25,741 bases of DNA from Candidatus Thorarchaeota archaeon (GTDB taxonomy: Archaea > Asgardarchaeota > Thorarchaeia > Thorarchaeales > Thorarchaeaceae): NCBI GenBank assembly GCA_038893995.1, contig JAWAQK010000035.1, positions 1 to 25,741 on the forward strand. The letters are read 5' to 3'. Made by a program: the position numbers and the translations under genes. The notes beneath the pieces were generated by a model. That model ran no database searches. It was not told where the DNA came from and saw only the letters and a program-made list of their open reading frames with translations. This document shows, piece by piece, positions 7,239-16,696 of the stretch. Numbering within the stretch: the stretch's first letter is position 1; every line of letters starts with the position of its first letter.

Positions 7239-10200
7239 ATGCACGCTCATCGCTGTTTATTCCTAATAGTTGTCATGCTTCTTGTGTCATCCACAGCAAT
7301 AGTCAACGCGGCATGGTCAGTTGACAATGCATCTTCTGTTGAAGAGAGCAGTGGAGTCTCAGACCAGGTGGCCCATCCAGCGGACAGCCATGGGTATGGA
7401 GACCGTCCACTGGTCGACAACGTCATTCCGACGGGCAACTTCGAGGAATGGTTGTCTGCATCGCAACCCCGTGACTGGGGTGTTATCGCGTCACCAACCA
7501 GAAGAACGGCGTTCAACTACACTGCTGAGACCCATTCGGGTATGTATTCTGCGTGGATGCTGACTCGAGGAACTCTAAGCGCTTCAATGAACATATTGTT
7601 TCAGACGTACACCAGTCAGATACCGGGCGCCCCACTGCTGTCTGGGAGGCTGTATCTTGAGTACTGGTGGAAGGTCACTAGCGTCCCGCAGCCAATCGTA
7701 GGTGGAGTTCACTGGATGGTCGTATTGATCTCGAGGTCCGGTCTGGAATACGGCCTCACTTACCACCTGTTGTTTAATCAGGTGGGTGATTCCAACTCAT
7801 CACAGTATGGCTATCTGCTCTTGAACTCGACCATCAACACCTGGAATCGATTTGGCAGAAATGTCACCTATGATTTTGAACAGGTGTTCGGCATTCCGGT
7901 GGCTGATGCCAGGATCACATCAGTATGGTTCTATGCGTCATATACACCATCTTCTACCACGGATCCGGTCGAGATACTGATTGATGACTACAGTCTCAGG
8001 GACTACACACTGACAGAGTACGCCATGAATGGGGGCTTTGAGTCAGGGACTGATGCCGGCTGGGACACCTACGAACAGAGCGACCCTGGTTCAATAAGAC
8101 AGTCGACCATGAGAGTCCAGGGTGAATTCGCGATGAACATGACTGCAGCCATATCAGGTGGTACGAGCTCATCCGTGCTCGTGTCTAAGGACTTTGGGTA
8201 CCTATACGGATACTTCCCCACTGCCGGCAATGTGGGCCACCTGAAGCTATGGTACTGGTACGGTGACACCAGACCAGCAGCAGGAACCGCATTTGCCTAC
8301 CTGCAGATCTCCTTCCGGAACAGCACGTACCAGGTAAACGTAGGTATGTATTTCGGTGCCAGTTCGGAAGATGTCATCCCGGGCAACTACAGCTCTCCGA
8401 CCTACGCTGCGTTCAATATCAGGGCACCGAACTTCGATCGGCGCGAAGTCTGGAACTACGTCTCTCTCAATATGTCACAGCTACTCGCGACTGCAGGAGC
8501 CACCACAGGCTTTCTCACGTCGATACGGTGTTACGTGTTCTGCAGCACGCCAAGAGTCGACCATGCAACACTCATTCTAGACGATCTCCAGTACCTTGAC
8601 TACCACACGAGAGACCCCGGATTTGAACAGGACTGGATGCCCGAGTCTGCGGACCCACAGCCCGGATGGCTGGCTGATTCTTACCCCAAAGTCTGGCGTT
8701 CGACCAATGCACACAGTGGTCAGTATTCAGCAGGCATCACAGCTGTGTCGGAACTGAACATTATCTACACCTCGATGGAGCTCCACCGAAGTCGTAGCGT
8801 GTTCTTTGGACTCAACTACCTTGTGAACAGCATACCACCGTCCCCAGAAGCATACCACGCAATCGCCTTGATCTCCTTCGATGCAGCAAAGAGTCTGGGA
8901 TATGTGCTGTCTACTGACGACAAGTCGAGATATGCCAATGGGACCTCCACGTACTACTTCGTGGCGCCGACGTACAACCAGACTGGAACATGGCTAGGTA
9001 TCATGCGCAACGTCACAGAGGACTACAGGGTGGCATTTGGAGACCACGCATGGAGGGCCGGTGTCGTATACCTGGTTGTCTGGAGTAGCACCAGCTCGGC
9101 CGCCCAGGTGCTGTTTGACGATGTCCACTTCTATGATCGAGAACCACCAACAATACTCTCCGTTGAGCGACTGACCTCAGTCCCTGTCTACGATGAGGCT
9201 GTCCGTGTGAGAGTGACAGTGGCTGATGCGCGTCCTGGAGTCAGTACAGTGAGGGTCTACCACGGCACTGGGGGAATGTTCGCGTACGTGGACGGAGTAA
9301 TAATGAGTCCAGGGGTCTACGAGGCTGAAATACCTGCCTACCCTTGGAACACGGAGGTCCAATGGTACGTGTACGCCGAGGATGGCTCGGGTAACTGGTA
9401 TGTCGACAACAATGGTGGAGCAATGTACACATACATCGTTCAGGACAACGTGCCTCCGATTGTCAAGATAACTGAACCGGCGGGCCCTGTAAACGCGACC
9501 GGTACCCTGCACATTATCGTTGATGCATCGGACGCGGGAAGCGGCATCGACCACATTGAGCTGCGCATCGACAACGAGTTCGTCGCGAGTGTTGGTGAAC
9601 CCCCATACGAGTTCTTCTGGAACAGTTCCACTGTGAAGGACGGGGTTCACACTGTAACGTGTCGGGCCTATGACAGAGAGATGCTATGGTCGGAGGACAG
9701 TGTGCAGGTCCGCACCCGAAACGACCTCGACCCACCCTATATTGGATCGATTGAGAGAGTGCCTCTCTGGCCGGAGTACTGGCAGTCAGCGACAGTCATC
9801 GTAGAGGTGAGTGATGCCACCGGCATCAAGAACGTGACACTCTGGTACCGGGCGGCCGGGGGTGCATGGACACCTGTGAACATGAGCGTCGCTAGTCCAG
9901 GGTACTACTCTGGTGTCATCCCAGCCATGCCGTACGGCACAGTCGTGGAATACTACATCCTGGCGTTCGATATCTATGAATACATGAACTATGTGGGATC
10001 GCCAGCGTCTCCGTACGTCTACACGGTCACCGACTATGTCAAGCCGGTTCTTGAAGTGACCGCGCCTCCGACATCGCAGGTCATCTCTGGAAACCTGTCT
10101 ATTGCAGTGACTGCGACTGACGAGGGGAGTGGGATTGCCTTTGTGGTGTTCTATGTGGACGATGTCCTACTGGCCAACTACACCCAGGTATCCTGCTCAT

Positions 10201-10415
10201 TCACCTGGGACTCCACATCTGTGGCGGACGGGACCCACACAATCCGGATCGTGGCCTACGACAACGCTGGGAACAATCTCTCTGTGAGTCTCACATACAC
10301 GACCTCCAACCGTGCACTGGACTACAATCTCATCCTAGCAGTCTCTGCCATTGGTGTCGTGGCACTGATCATCGTACTGAGACGGTCCAGAGTTCCCAAG
10401 GGAACCAGTGAGTGA
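7239..10415 (+). CDS. large membrane-anchored surface glycoprotein: 3 CBM4/9-like jelly-roll repeats + alternating Ig-like domains + C-terminal TM
   Basis: ATG 7239 gives a signal peptide (MHAHRCLFLIVVMLLV..), preferred over the ORF-track start 7110. Three repeats begin GNFE/NGGFE/DPGFE and end IDDY/LDDL/FDDV. These are followed by an A-B-A-B array (SPG.Y...IPA.P..T.V domains and Big_7-like P.V.IT.P..DG.HT domains), many N-x-S/T sequons, and a TM + RRSR tail. Confidence 0.85.
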   Translation: MHAHRCLFLIVVMLLVSSTAIVNAAWSVDNASSVEESSGVSDQVAHPADSHGYGDRPLVDNVIPTGNFEEWLSASQPRDWGVIASPTRRTAFNYTAETHSGMYSAWMLTRGTLSASMNILFQTYTSQIPGAPLLSGRLYLEYWWKVTSVPQPIVGGVHWMVVLISRSGLEYGLTYHLLFNQVGDSNSSQYGYLLLNSTINTWNRFGRNVTYDFEQVFGIPVADARITSVWFYASYTPSSTTDPVEILIDDYSLRDYTLTEYAMNGGFESGTDAGWDTYEQSDPGSIRQSTMRVQGEFAMNMTAAISGGTSSSVLVSKDFGYLYGYFPTAGNVGHLKLWYWYGDTRPAAGTAFAYLQISFRNSTYQVNVGMYFGASSEDVIPGNYSSPTYAAFNIRAPNFDRREVWNYVSLNMSQLLATAGATTGFLTSIRCYVFCSTPRVDHATLILDDLQYLDYHTRDPGFEQDWMPESADPQPGWLADSYPKVWRSTNAHSGQYSAGITAVSELNIIYTSMELHRSRSVFFGLNYLVNSIPPSPEAYHAIALISFDAAKSLGYVLSTDDKSRYANGTSTYYFVAPTYNQTGTWLGIMRNVTEDYRVAFGDHAWRAGVVYLVVWSSTSSAAQVLFDDVHFYDREPPTILSVERLTSVPVYDEAVRVRVTVADARPGVSTVRVYHGTGGMFAYVDGVIMSPGVYEAEIPAYPWNTEVQWYVYAEDGSGNWYVDNNGGAMYTYIVQDNVPPIVKITEPAGPVNATGTLHIIVDASDAGSGIDHIELRIDNEFVASVGEPPYEFFWNSSTVKDGVHTVTCRAYDREMLWSEDSVQVRTRNDLDPPYIGSIERVPLWPEYWQSATVIVEVSDATGIKNVTLWYRAAGGAWTPVNMSVASPGYYSGVIPAMPYGTVVEYYILAFDIYEYMNYVGSPASPYVYTVTDYVKPVLEVTAPPTSQVISGNLSIAVTATDEGSGIAFVVFYVDDVLLANYTQVSCSFTWDSTSVADGTHTIRIVAYDNAGNNLSVSLTYTTSNRALDYNLILAVSAIGVVALIIVLRRSRVPKGTSE

Positions 10416-10458
10416 CAGAGTGGGACCTCAGCCATAGCTCGAGATTGATGTCCTTGAC

Positions 10459-10482
10459 GACCGGGGGCGACCGTCCCCGGTC
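10459..10482. terminator. GC-rich hairpin between convergent genes
   Basis: GACCGGGGGC-gacc-GTCCCCGGTC, a 10-bp stem including one G-U pair, in the 10415-10655 convergent gap. Confidence 0.4.
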
Positions 10483-10654
10483 ATGCCCTCCCCTGAGCCA
10501 TCATCCCGACGCACAGACGAAACAGAGCACGCCTCTATCGTTGTCTAGACATGCTTCGCTACTTGCACAGTCTTGTCACAGACCGGTACGTGCACTGAAC
10601 TGCGCAACTACCGGGCCCATCTCCAAGAGGAATCACTCGGCCTCCCTGAGGACA

Positions 10655-12964
10655 TCATGCCCTCCTTCTGAACTTCTTGACAGACGCTGACAACACCACC
10701 CCCAGACCGACTAATATCGCCGACGCCAGCAGGAGGGTCTGTCCGTCAGTCGTCGGGTGGCCGGATGCAAGAACAGTCACGAACACAGTGTCGCTGACCC
10801 AGTTTCCGTACGCGTCATAGACAATGATGGTATACTCGTAGATGCCAGGAGTGAGACCATCAATGCTGACTGCTATCTGCGAGCCATCCCAGTCACCTGA
10901 ATCAACAAGGGAACCGTTCCTGTAGACCTCATATCTTGAGGGGTGATAGTCCCACACAGTCCATACAATGAGGTGTCCCGTTGTCCCCTGCAGGTATTGA
11001 ACGTCCTCCGGACTGTCTATCACCGGAGGTGTCGTATCTACTACGATCACGAGGACCGTGTCACGTGCCCTGTTGTTGTAGATGTCGTTGAGCACCGCTG
11101 TGTAGTTGTAGGCACCCGGAGATAGCCCGTCGACACTGACCTGGATATTCGAACCGTTCCAGTTGTCAGACGCGACAAGCGAGCCATTCCTGTAGACCTC
11201 ATATCTCAGGGGATGAGGGTCCCATGCCTCCCATACGAGGATGTGCCCTGTCGTACCAGACTCATACTGCATGTCGTCCGGGCCTACTATGACAGGGGAC
11301 GTCGTATCCACAACGATCACGTACACCATGTCACTGGCCCAATTCGCATAGGTGTCGTAGACGATGACTGTGTAATTGTACACACCCACTGGGAGACCAT
11401 CTACCACGAGCACAATCTTGGAACCATTCCAATAGCCGGACTCGACAGTCGAACCATCTCTACGGATCTCATAGCGATCCGGGTTTGAGTCGTAGGGGGT
11501 CCACACTATGGTATGCCCAGTGGTACCAAACTCGTACTCAAGGTCGGCAGGATGGTCCAGGACTGGAGGGGAGATGGCACAGGCGACTGGATAATGGTCC
11601 ACACTTCCAGCGGAGCCGGGTATTGAGTAGGTTCCGGTTCCCTGGTAGTCGTCCCAGCAGTTTCCCACAGACACACCGTCGTCCCAAGAATTGGAGCTAC
11701 CGTCGTCCCAAGCATTCTCGACTCCGTTGTGGTAGAACTCGTTCATGTAGATAGTGAGACCGGAACAGGCATCAACGAGGACACCGTAGTGGTCATTGTC
11801 CGTGACGCTGTTGCGGACCAGCGTACTATAGGACGACTGACTTAGCATCATGCCAAACCGGTTGGCCCGAACGGTGTTGTCAGCAACGTGACACGAGGGG
11901 GAATACCACATGGCAATTCCACTTCGGAAGTTATTGGTGGCGTTGTTACCAGTTGAGACAGTCTGTGCAGAGTGATCTATGCTGAACCCGTCGTAGTCAT
12001 TTCCAACGGCCGTGCAGTTGTGGAGGGCACACGACACCGACCCATAGAGATAGAAACCATAGATACCGCCGAGCACAGTGACGTTTGTCAGCACACAGCC
12101 CTGAGAGAAGCCCAGCTGCACCCCAATGGAGGTGTGTTCAAGGACAGCATCTCGGACAGTGACATCTGAGCAGTCTACAAGAACGATCTGACCGTATTGC
12201 GAGCCATCCAGGGTCACGTTGGTGAGACCAACTAGATACCCCAGCTGCTTGCCGTTGACGAGGTTGTCCGACATGTCGTGCGACCAGTGAGCAACATTGT
12301 CTCCGACGATGATGACCCCGCCATTGGTCAGTACATTCTCAGCCAGATTGCACGAATTGGACTCAAGTAGGTAGATAGCACTGTCGACCAGGGTGTTGTT
12401 GACCAGGGAGCAAGAACTTGAGAGGTACAGGATGAAGCCCCTCCTGCACCGAGTGAGAGTATTGTTGGTCAGTACTGTGCCTGGCGAGTCATAGACATAC
12501 ACACCATCATAGTGTCGTTCAACAATGTTATTGCGAACTACACCATTGGCCACATCGACCAGGACAATTCCACTCTTCGACGAGGAATATGTAGACGATA
12601 TCAGGCAATCCCTGATCTCGAAGTGTGCCGTTGTACCAGAGATACTGATACAGGTCTCGTCGGACGTTATGTTCAGTCCTGCTATCACATAGGGATCATC
12701 TATGGTGCCAGCCCCAGGCCAGCCCTGCGCGCTGAAGTCTTCATTGGATGATATCGCAATCGGTGCGTGCGGTGTATACGACACATCGTGCATGCGCACA
12801 CGTATCGAGTCGCAGTCAGCTCCTGGGGCGCTGACGACTGGGAATGTCGGAAATGATGTGAGGACGACAAGGATCAGAGCCAACGGCAAGTACTCTCTTC
12901 TGCACAAGGTCGTTCCCCGGTGAAGGGGTCTATGAGGGTAATAAGCATTCATGCCATCGAGCAC
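10655..12964 (-). CDS. right-handed parallel beta-helix (NosD/PbH1-like) surface protein with three ~90-aa Ig-like repeats and C-terminal TM anchor
   Basis: PHAPI.I.SN.DF..QGWPG.GT..DPY.I N-cap, NNT repeats, NGK..GY..GQI insert, WDDG...GN.W.DY C-cap, three DTT.P..D..Y..GTTGH.I.W repeats and a TM + KKFRRRA tail. The true start may be TTG 12907. Confidence 0.88.
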   Translation of the reverse strand: MLDGMNAYYPHRPLHRGTTLCRREYLPLALILVVLTSFPTFPVVSAPGADCDSIRVRMHDVSYTPHAPIAISSNEDFSAQGWPGAGTIDDPYVIAGLNITSDETCISISGTTAHFEIRDCLISSTYSSSKSGIVLVDVANGVVRNNIVERHYDGVYVYDSPGTVLTNNTLTRCRRGFILYLSSSCSLVNNTLVDSAIYLLESNSCNLAENVLTNGGVIIVGDNVAHWSHDMSDNLVNGKQLGYLVGLTNVTLDGSQYGQIVLVDCSDVTVRDAVLEHTSIGVQLGFSQGCVLTNVTVLGGIYGFYLYGSVSCALHNCTAVGNDYDGFSIDHSAQTVSTGNNATNNFRSGIAMWYSPSCHVADNTVRANRFGMMLSQSSYSTLVRNSVTDNDHYGVLVDACSGLTIYMNEFYHNGVENAWDDGSSNSWDDGVSVGNCWDDYQGTGTYSIPGSAGSVDHYPVACAISPPVLDHPADLEYEFGTTGHTIVWTPYDSNPDRYEIRRDGSTVESGYWNGSKIVLVVDGLPVGVYNYTVIVYDTYANWASDMVYVIVVDTTSPVIVGPDDMQYESGTTGHILVWEAWDPHPLRYEVYRNGSLVASDNWNGSNIQVSVDGLSPGAYNYTAVLNDIYNNRARDTVLVIVVDTTPPVIDSPEDVQYLQGTTGHLIVWTVWDYHPSRYEVYRNGSLVDSGDWDGSQIAVSIDGLTPGIYEYTIIVYDAYGNWVSDTVFVTVLASGHPTTDGQTLLLASAILVGLGVVLSASVKKFRRRA

Positions 12965-13131
12965 TTAGCCTCAGAAACCTAGGACCGACGAATCTGGACA
13001 AGATACTGCGAAGCGACATGAACAGGAGCTGCAGTCAGGGTCCCAACCATGCGTACGGAAACGCTCGACTGCAGTTCCCGCTCCGGTCATGTTATGGTCG
13101 TGTCACCAGACTGTGCTCAGGCAGGCCGTGA

Positions 13132-13166
13132 CACCAGTGCAGGTGAAGGTATGACCCGCACTGGTG
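13132..13166 (-). terminator. stem-loop just downstream of the 1136-aa gene
   Basis: CACCAGTGC(a)GGT...ACC(c)GCACTGGTG inverted repeat, 20 nt past the stop at 13186. Confidence 0.4.
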
Positions 13167-13185
13167 CTCAAGTCAGTCTTGAGTC

Positions 13186-16100
13186 TCACGGGCGCTTTCT
13201 CAGCTGAGGCCTCACCACGAACACTACCACAACGACTCCAACAGCGAATGCAATGATCCCCAGAGCCGCAATCATTGTCATGTCTTGTGAAAGCACAGTC
13301 ACGAATACTGTATCACTGACCCAGTTTCCAGATGTATCGTAGACCACAATAGTGTAGTTGTAGATGCCGACAGCGAGGCCGTCAATGTTGACGGTGATGT
13401 CTGAGCCATCCCAGACGCCAGAGTCGACCAGCAGACCATCCCTGTAGACCTCATATCGTTCGGGGTTCAGGTCGCTGGGGTTCCACCTGATGCTGTGGCC
13501 TGTAGTGCCGAGCTCGTACTGCAGATCGTCCGGACTGTCAATCGTGGGAGCAGTGGTGTCCACAACTGTCACGAGGACCATGTCGTTGGCCTGGTTGTCA
13601 TAGGCATCAAAGACAACCAACGTGTAGTTGTACGTACCAGGAGCAAGACCGTCTACGTTCACGACTATCGTTGGACTCGTCCAGCCACCAGAACTGACGA
13701 GTGAGCCATTCCGATAGATCTCGTATTGCTGGGGATGTGGATCTGATGCGATCCAAGTGATGAGATTGCCAGTCGTACCACACTCATACTGCATGTCGTC
13801 TGGACCGGTGACCAGCGGAGCAGTGGTGTCTACTACTCTCACAATGACCGTGTCACGAGCCCAGTTGCTATAGGCATCAAAGACGAGCAGCGTGTAGTTG
13901 TAGGTGCCAACATCAAGGCCGCTAACTCCCACAGTGATACCAGAACTATTCCACTGACCAGACGCGACTAACGAGCCATCCCTGTAGATCGAGTAGTTGC
14001 CGGGGTGATCATCTTCCGGGAGCCAGTAGATCATATGACCAACAGTACCAAACTCGTACTCGATGTCTGGAGGACCCTCGATCCTCGGCGGTCGTATGTC
14101 AAGGACATTGGGGTAACGATCAACGCTGCCAGCAGCGCCCATTATCGGATAGGTGCCTGTGCCAGAGTAGTCGCTCCAGTAGTTGCCTTTTGATACGCCG
14201 TCGTCCCATGTGTTGGAACTGCCATCATCACGCGCGTTCTTCAGGATGTTGTAGCCGATCCTGTTTTCGTACAGTACGCACCCTGAGCTCCAGCCGATGG
14301 CGATGCCGTAGTGAAGGTTGTCGGTAGCGGTACTGAGCAGGACTGTACACTGACTCGAATACAGTATCCCAAGCCCAATGCTTGACCAGGATACTATGTT
14401 GTTGACCAGAGTGACCTTGTCCGAGTACTCCACGACGATGCCCCACGACACGTTCCGTGTGGCATTGTTGTCATTGACGATGCAGTTTGATGAGAAGTAG
14501 ACACGAATTCCAGCATTCTGGTTAAGGCTCACTGTATTGTTCGTCAATGTGCAGTACGATGAGAAGCCCACAGAGATCCCCACTGACGCCCATGAGAAGA
14601 CGCCGTTGCTGACACTGACATTCGTACAGTTGGCGAGGATCACCTGACCGTACAGCGAACCGTCCACAGTGCCTCCTGTGAGGTTCTTGAAGTATCCGAG
14701 CGGCTTGCCATTCACGGTATTCCCAGTCATGGTGTGCAACCACTGGGTGATAGATACCCCATCAATGAAGAGACCAGAACCCGAGAATGTGTTGTTTGTC
14801 AGGACACAAGATGGTGATCGGTATAGATAGACCCCACGCTCGCCCTCGATGATGGTGTTGCCAAGTAGTGATATGGCGTTCGACAGATACACGTAGAATC
14901 CGTTCTGTACGTTCCTGTAGGCGATGTTCTTGCTCAGCGTGAGGGAGGTGCATTGCTCCAAGAAGAACCCATAGGCTGATTTGGATGCATAATTGTTCTC
15001 AAACGTAAGGGACTGTGACAGGAACACGTAGAAACCAGCGGACGTGATATCAATGGCGGAATTGTGACTCAGCACACAGAATCCTGACATATATATCCTG
15101 AACCCGACTACGCTCTCAGTCGATGTGTTGTTCGTGAGGGTGGTGAACGCCGAGTCGTATAGATAGAACCCAGCCTGAGCATGGCCCACTGCCAGGTTGT
15201 TCGTCAAGAGACATGATGGAGACCCTTGGAGATAGAACCCAATTTGTTCATTTCGGAATGCTGTATTGTTCGTCAGAGTACAGGATGTAGAAGACCTCAG
15301 GTAGAATCCCCAGTATGACTCACTTGAAGTGTTGTTGCTCAGAGTACACGTAGAGGAGAAACCCACGGAGATCCCGACTGACGCATGCGGGAAGACACCA
15401 TCTTTGACAGTTACATCCGTGCAGTTGGCGAGGATCACCTGACCGTACAGCGAACCGTCCACAGTGCCTCCTGTGAGGTTCTTGAAGTATCCGAGCGGCT
15501 TGCCATTCACGGTATTCCCTGTCATGGTATGGGACCACTGCGACAGGCTCGATCCGAAGAGCATCACACCTGAGTCGATGAACGTGTTGTCAGTCGCATT
15601 ACATTGGCTCGAGAGATAGATCTGCAGACCGTGTCTGTTGTACTCAGCAACATTCCCATACAGAGTGCAGTCGTCAGACTGGGCCACATAGAACCCTGTC
15701 TCAATGTTGCCAGCGGCTGTGTTGTTGATCAGCGTGGCCGATTCACACGCTGAGATCTCGAAGCCGTTCTGGCCATTGTAGCTAGCATTGTTGCCAATAA
15801 GGACTGGAAACCTCGAGGACAAGTAGAAACCTGTCCCGTACGATCCAATGGCCAGATTGCCTCTGAGCTCACAGGACATAGACTGGAGGATGTAGAAACC
15901 GTACTCATCATCGCCATCACTGGTGTTATTGGTCAGAGTGGAGAAAGACGACTGGAACAACGAGAATCCAAGGGAGTTGGCCCTTGCCTCGTTGCTCAGC
16001 AGTGTAGCAGTACCGGACACTTGGAGTGAGAACCCGCAATGAGTGTTGTACGATGCTGTATTCCTCATCAACGTGATGCCGGGCGAGTTCAAGAGCAGGA

Positions 16101-16521
16101 CACCGTCGTAGTGATTCTCAATGATACAGTGGTGAATGGCTCCGTTGATGACATTGTCCAGTTTGATACCCGGATTGTTTGACTGGGGGTTAGACGAGAT
16201 GAGACATCCCCTTATCTCAAAGTAGGCAGTGGTATCCCGTATAGAGATGCATGTCTCAGTGCTAGTTATGTTGAATCCCTGGATGATGTATGGATCGTTC
16301 ACCGTACCGCTACCTGGGAAGCCCTGACTTGCAAAGTCAGAGTTGGACATTATCACAATCGGTGCATGGGGGACGTACGAGGTCATCACTGACATTGTGA
16401 TTGCGGCTGACGATGCTCCATCAGATCGAGAATTAGCAAGGTCAGCAATCGGGATACACAATGACAAGATCATGACAGACGCAAACAGTGCACACAAAAC
16501 ATGACGTGGGAGTACAGACAT
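13186..16521 (-). CDS. paralogous, longer beta-helix (NosD/PbH1-like) surface protein with internally duplicated beta-helix, three Ig-like repeats and C-terminal TM
   Basis: Same architecture as 10655-12964 but with two NGKPLGY..GQVIL inserts. ATG 16521 is chosen over 16596 because a TATA box sits ~27 nt upstream and a signal peptide follows. Confidence 0.88.
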   Translation of the reverse strand: MSVLPRHVLCALFASVMILSLCIPIADLANSRSDGASSAAITMSVMTSYVPHAPIVIMSNSDFASQGFPGSGTVNDPYIIQGFNITSTETCISIRDTTAYFEIRGCLISSNPQSNNPGIKLDNVINGAIHHCIIENHYDGVLLLNSPGITLMRNTASYNTHCGFSLQVSGTATLLSNEARANSLGFSLFQSSFSTLTNNTSDGDDEYGFYILQSMSCELRGNLAIGSYGTGFYLSSRFPVLIGNNASYNGQNGFEISACESATLINNTAAGNIETGFYVAQSDDCTLYGNVAEYNRHGLQIYLSSQCNATDNTFIDSGVMLFGSSLSQWSHTMTGNTVNGKPLGYFKNLTGGTVDGSLYGQVILANCTDVTVKDGVFPHASVGISVGFSSTCTLSNNTSSESYWGFYLRSSTSCTLTNNTAFRNEQIGFYLQGSPSCLLTNNLAVGHAQAGFYLYDSAFTTLTNNTSTESVVGFRIYMSGFCVLSHNSAIDITSAGFYVFLSQSLTFENNYASKSAYGFFLEQCTSLTLSKNIAYRNVQNGFYVYLSNAISLLGNTIIEGERGVYLYRSPSCVLTNNTFSGSGLFIDGVSITQWLHTMTGNTVNGKPLGYFKNLTGGTVDGSLYGQVILANCTNVSVSNGVFSWASVGISVGFSSYCTLTNNTVSLNQNAGIRVYFSSNCIVNDNNATRNVSWGIVVEYSDKVTLVNNIVSWSSIGLGILYSSQCTVLLSTATDNLHYGIAIGWSSGCVLYENRIGYNILKNARDDGSSNTWDDGVSKGNYWSDYSGTGTYPIMGAAGSVDRYPNVLDIRPPRIEGPPDIEYEFGTVGHMIYWLPEDDHPGNYSIYRDGSLVASGQWNSSGITVGVSGLDVGTYNYTLLVFDAYSNWARDTVIVRVVDTTAPLVTGPDDMQYECGTTGNLITWIASDPHPQQYEIYRNGSLVSSGGWTSPTIVVNVDGLAPGTYNYTLVVFDAYDNQANDMVLVTVVDTTAPTIDSPDDLQYELGTTGHSIRWNPSDLNPERYEVYRDGLLVDSGVWDGSDITVNIDGLAVGIYNYTIVVYDTSGNWVSDTVFVTVLSQDMTMIAALGIIAFAVGVVVVVFVVRPQLRKRP
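14627..14724. repeat. 98-bp perfect direct repeat, copy 1 (copy 2 at 15422-15519)
   Basis: cagttggcgaggatcacc...ggtattccc is identical in both copies. The offset is 795 nt (265 codons). Confidence 0.92.
15422..15519. repeat. 98-bp perfect direct repeat, copy 2
   Basis: Identical to 14627-14724. Confidence 0.92.
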
Positions 16522-16543
16522 GGCGAACATGTGCGAGGTTCTT

Positions 16544-16555
16544 CTTATAAATATT
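16544..16555 (-). promoter_or_regulatory. TATA box (AATATTTATAAG on - strand) for a leaderless beta-helix gene transcript
   Basis: Strong TTTATAAG centred ~27 nt upstream of ATG 16521. Confidence 0.65.
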
Positions 16556-16696
16556 GGTAGGGGACAAGACAGAGTAGGTCTGTGTGAATTGGCCATGGCT
16601 GTACGATCTCACCTCCGACGACCGATCGGGACCGGAACGACAGGACCCCCAGGATCATCTCTGCGGAGGCCGCAATGCGGAGCTGTCGGAGGAAGC

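Noticed and set aside
13132-13166. Hairpin as a SECIS element
   Set aside because: No neighbouring gene shows an in-frame UGA at a Cys-like position, and the sense-strand hairpin lacks a convincing SECIS core.
14627-15519. 98-bp repeat pair as a DGR template/variable repeat
   Set aside because: The core is identical, the flanking mismatches are not adenine-specific, both copies are in-frame coding, and no reverse transcriptase is present in the window.
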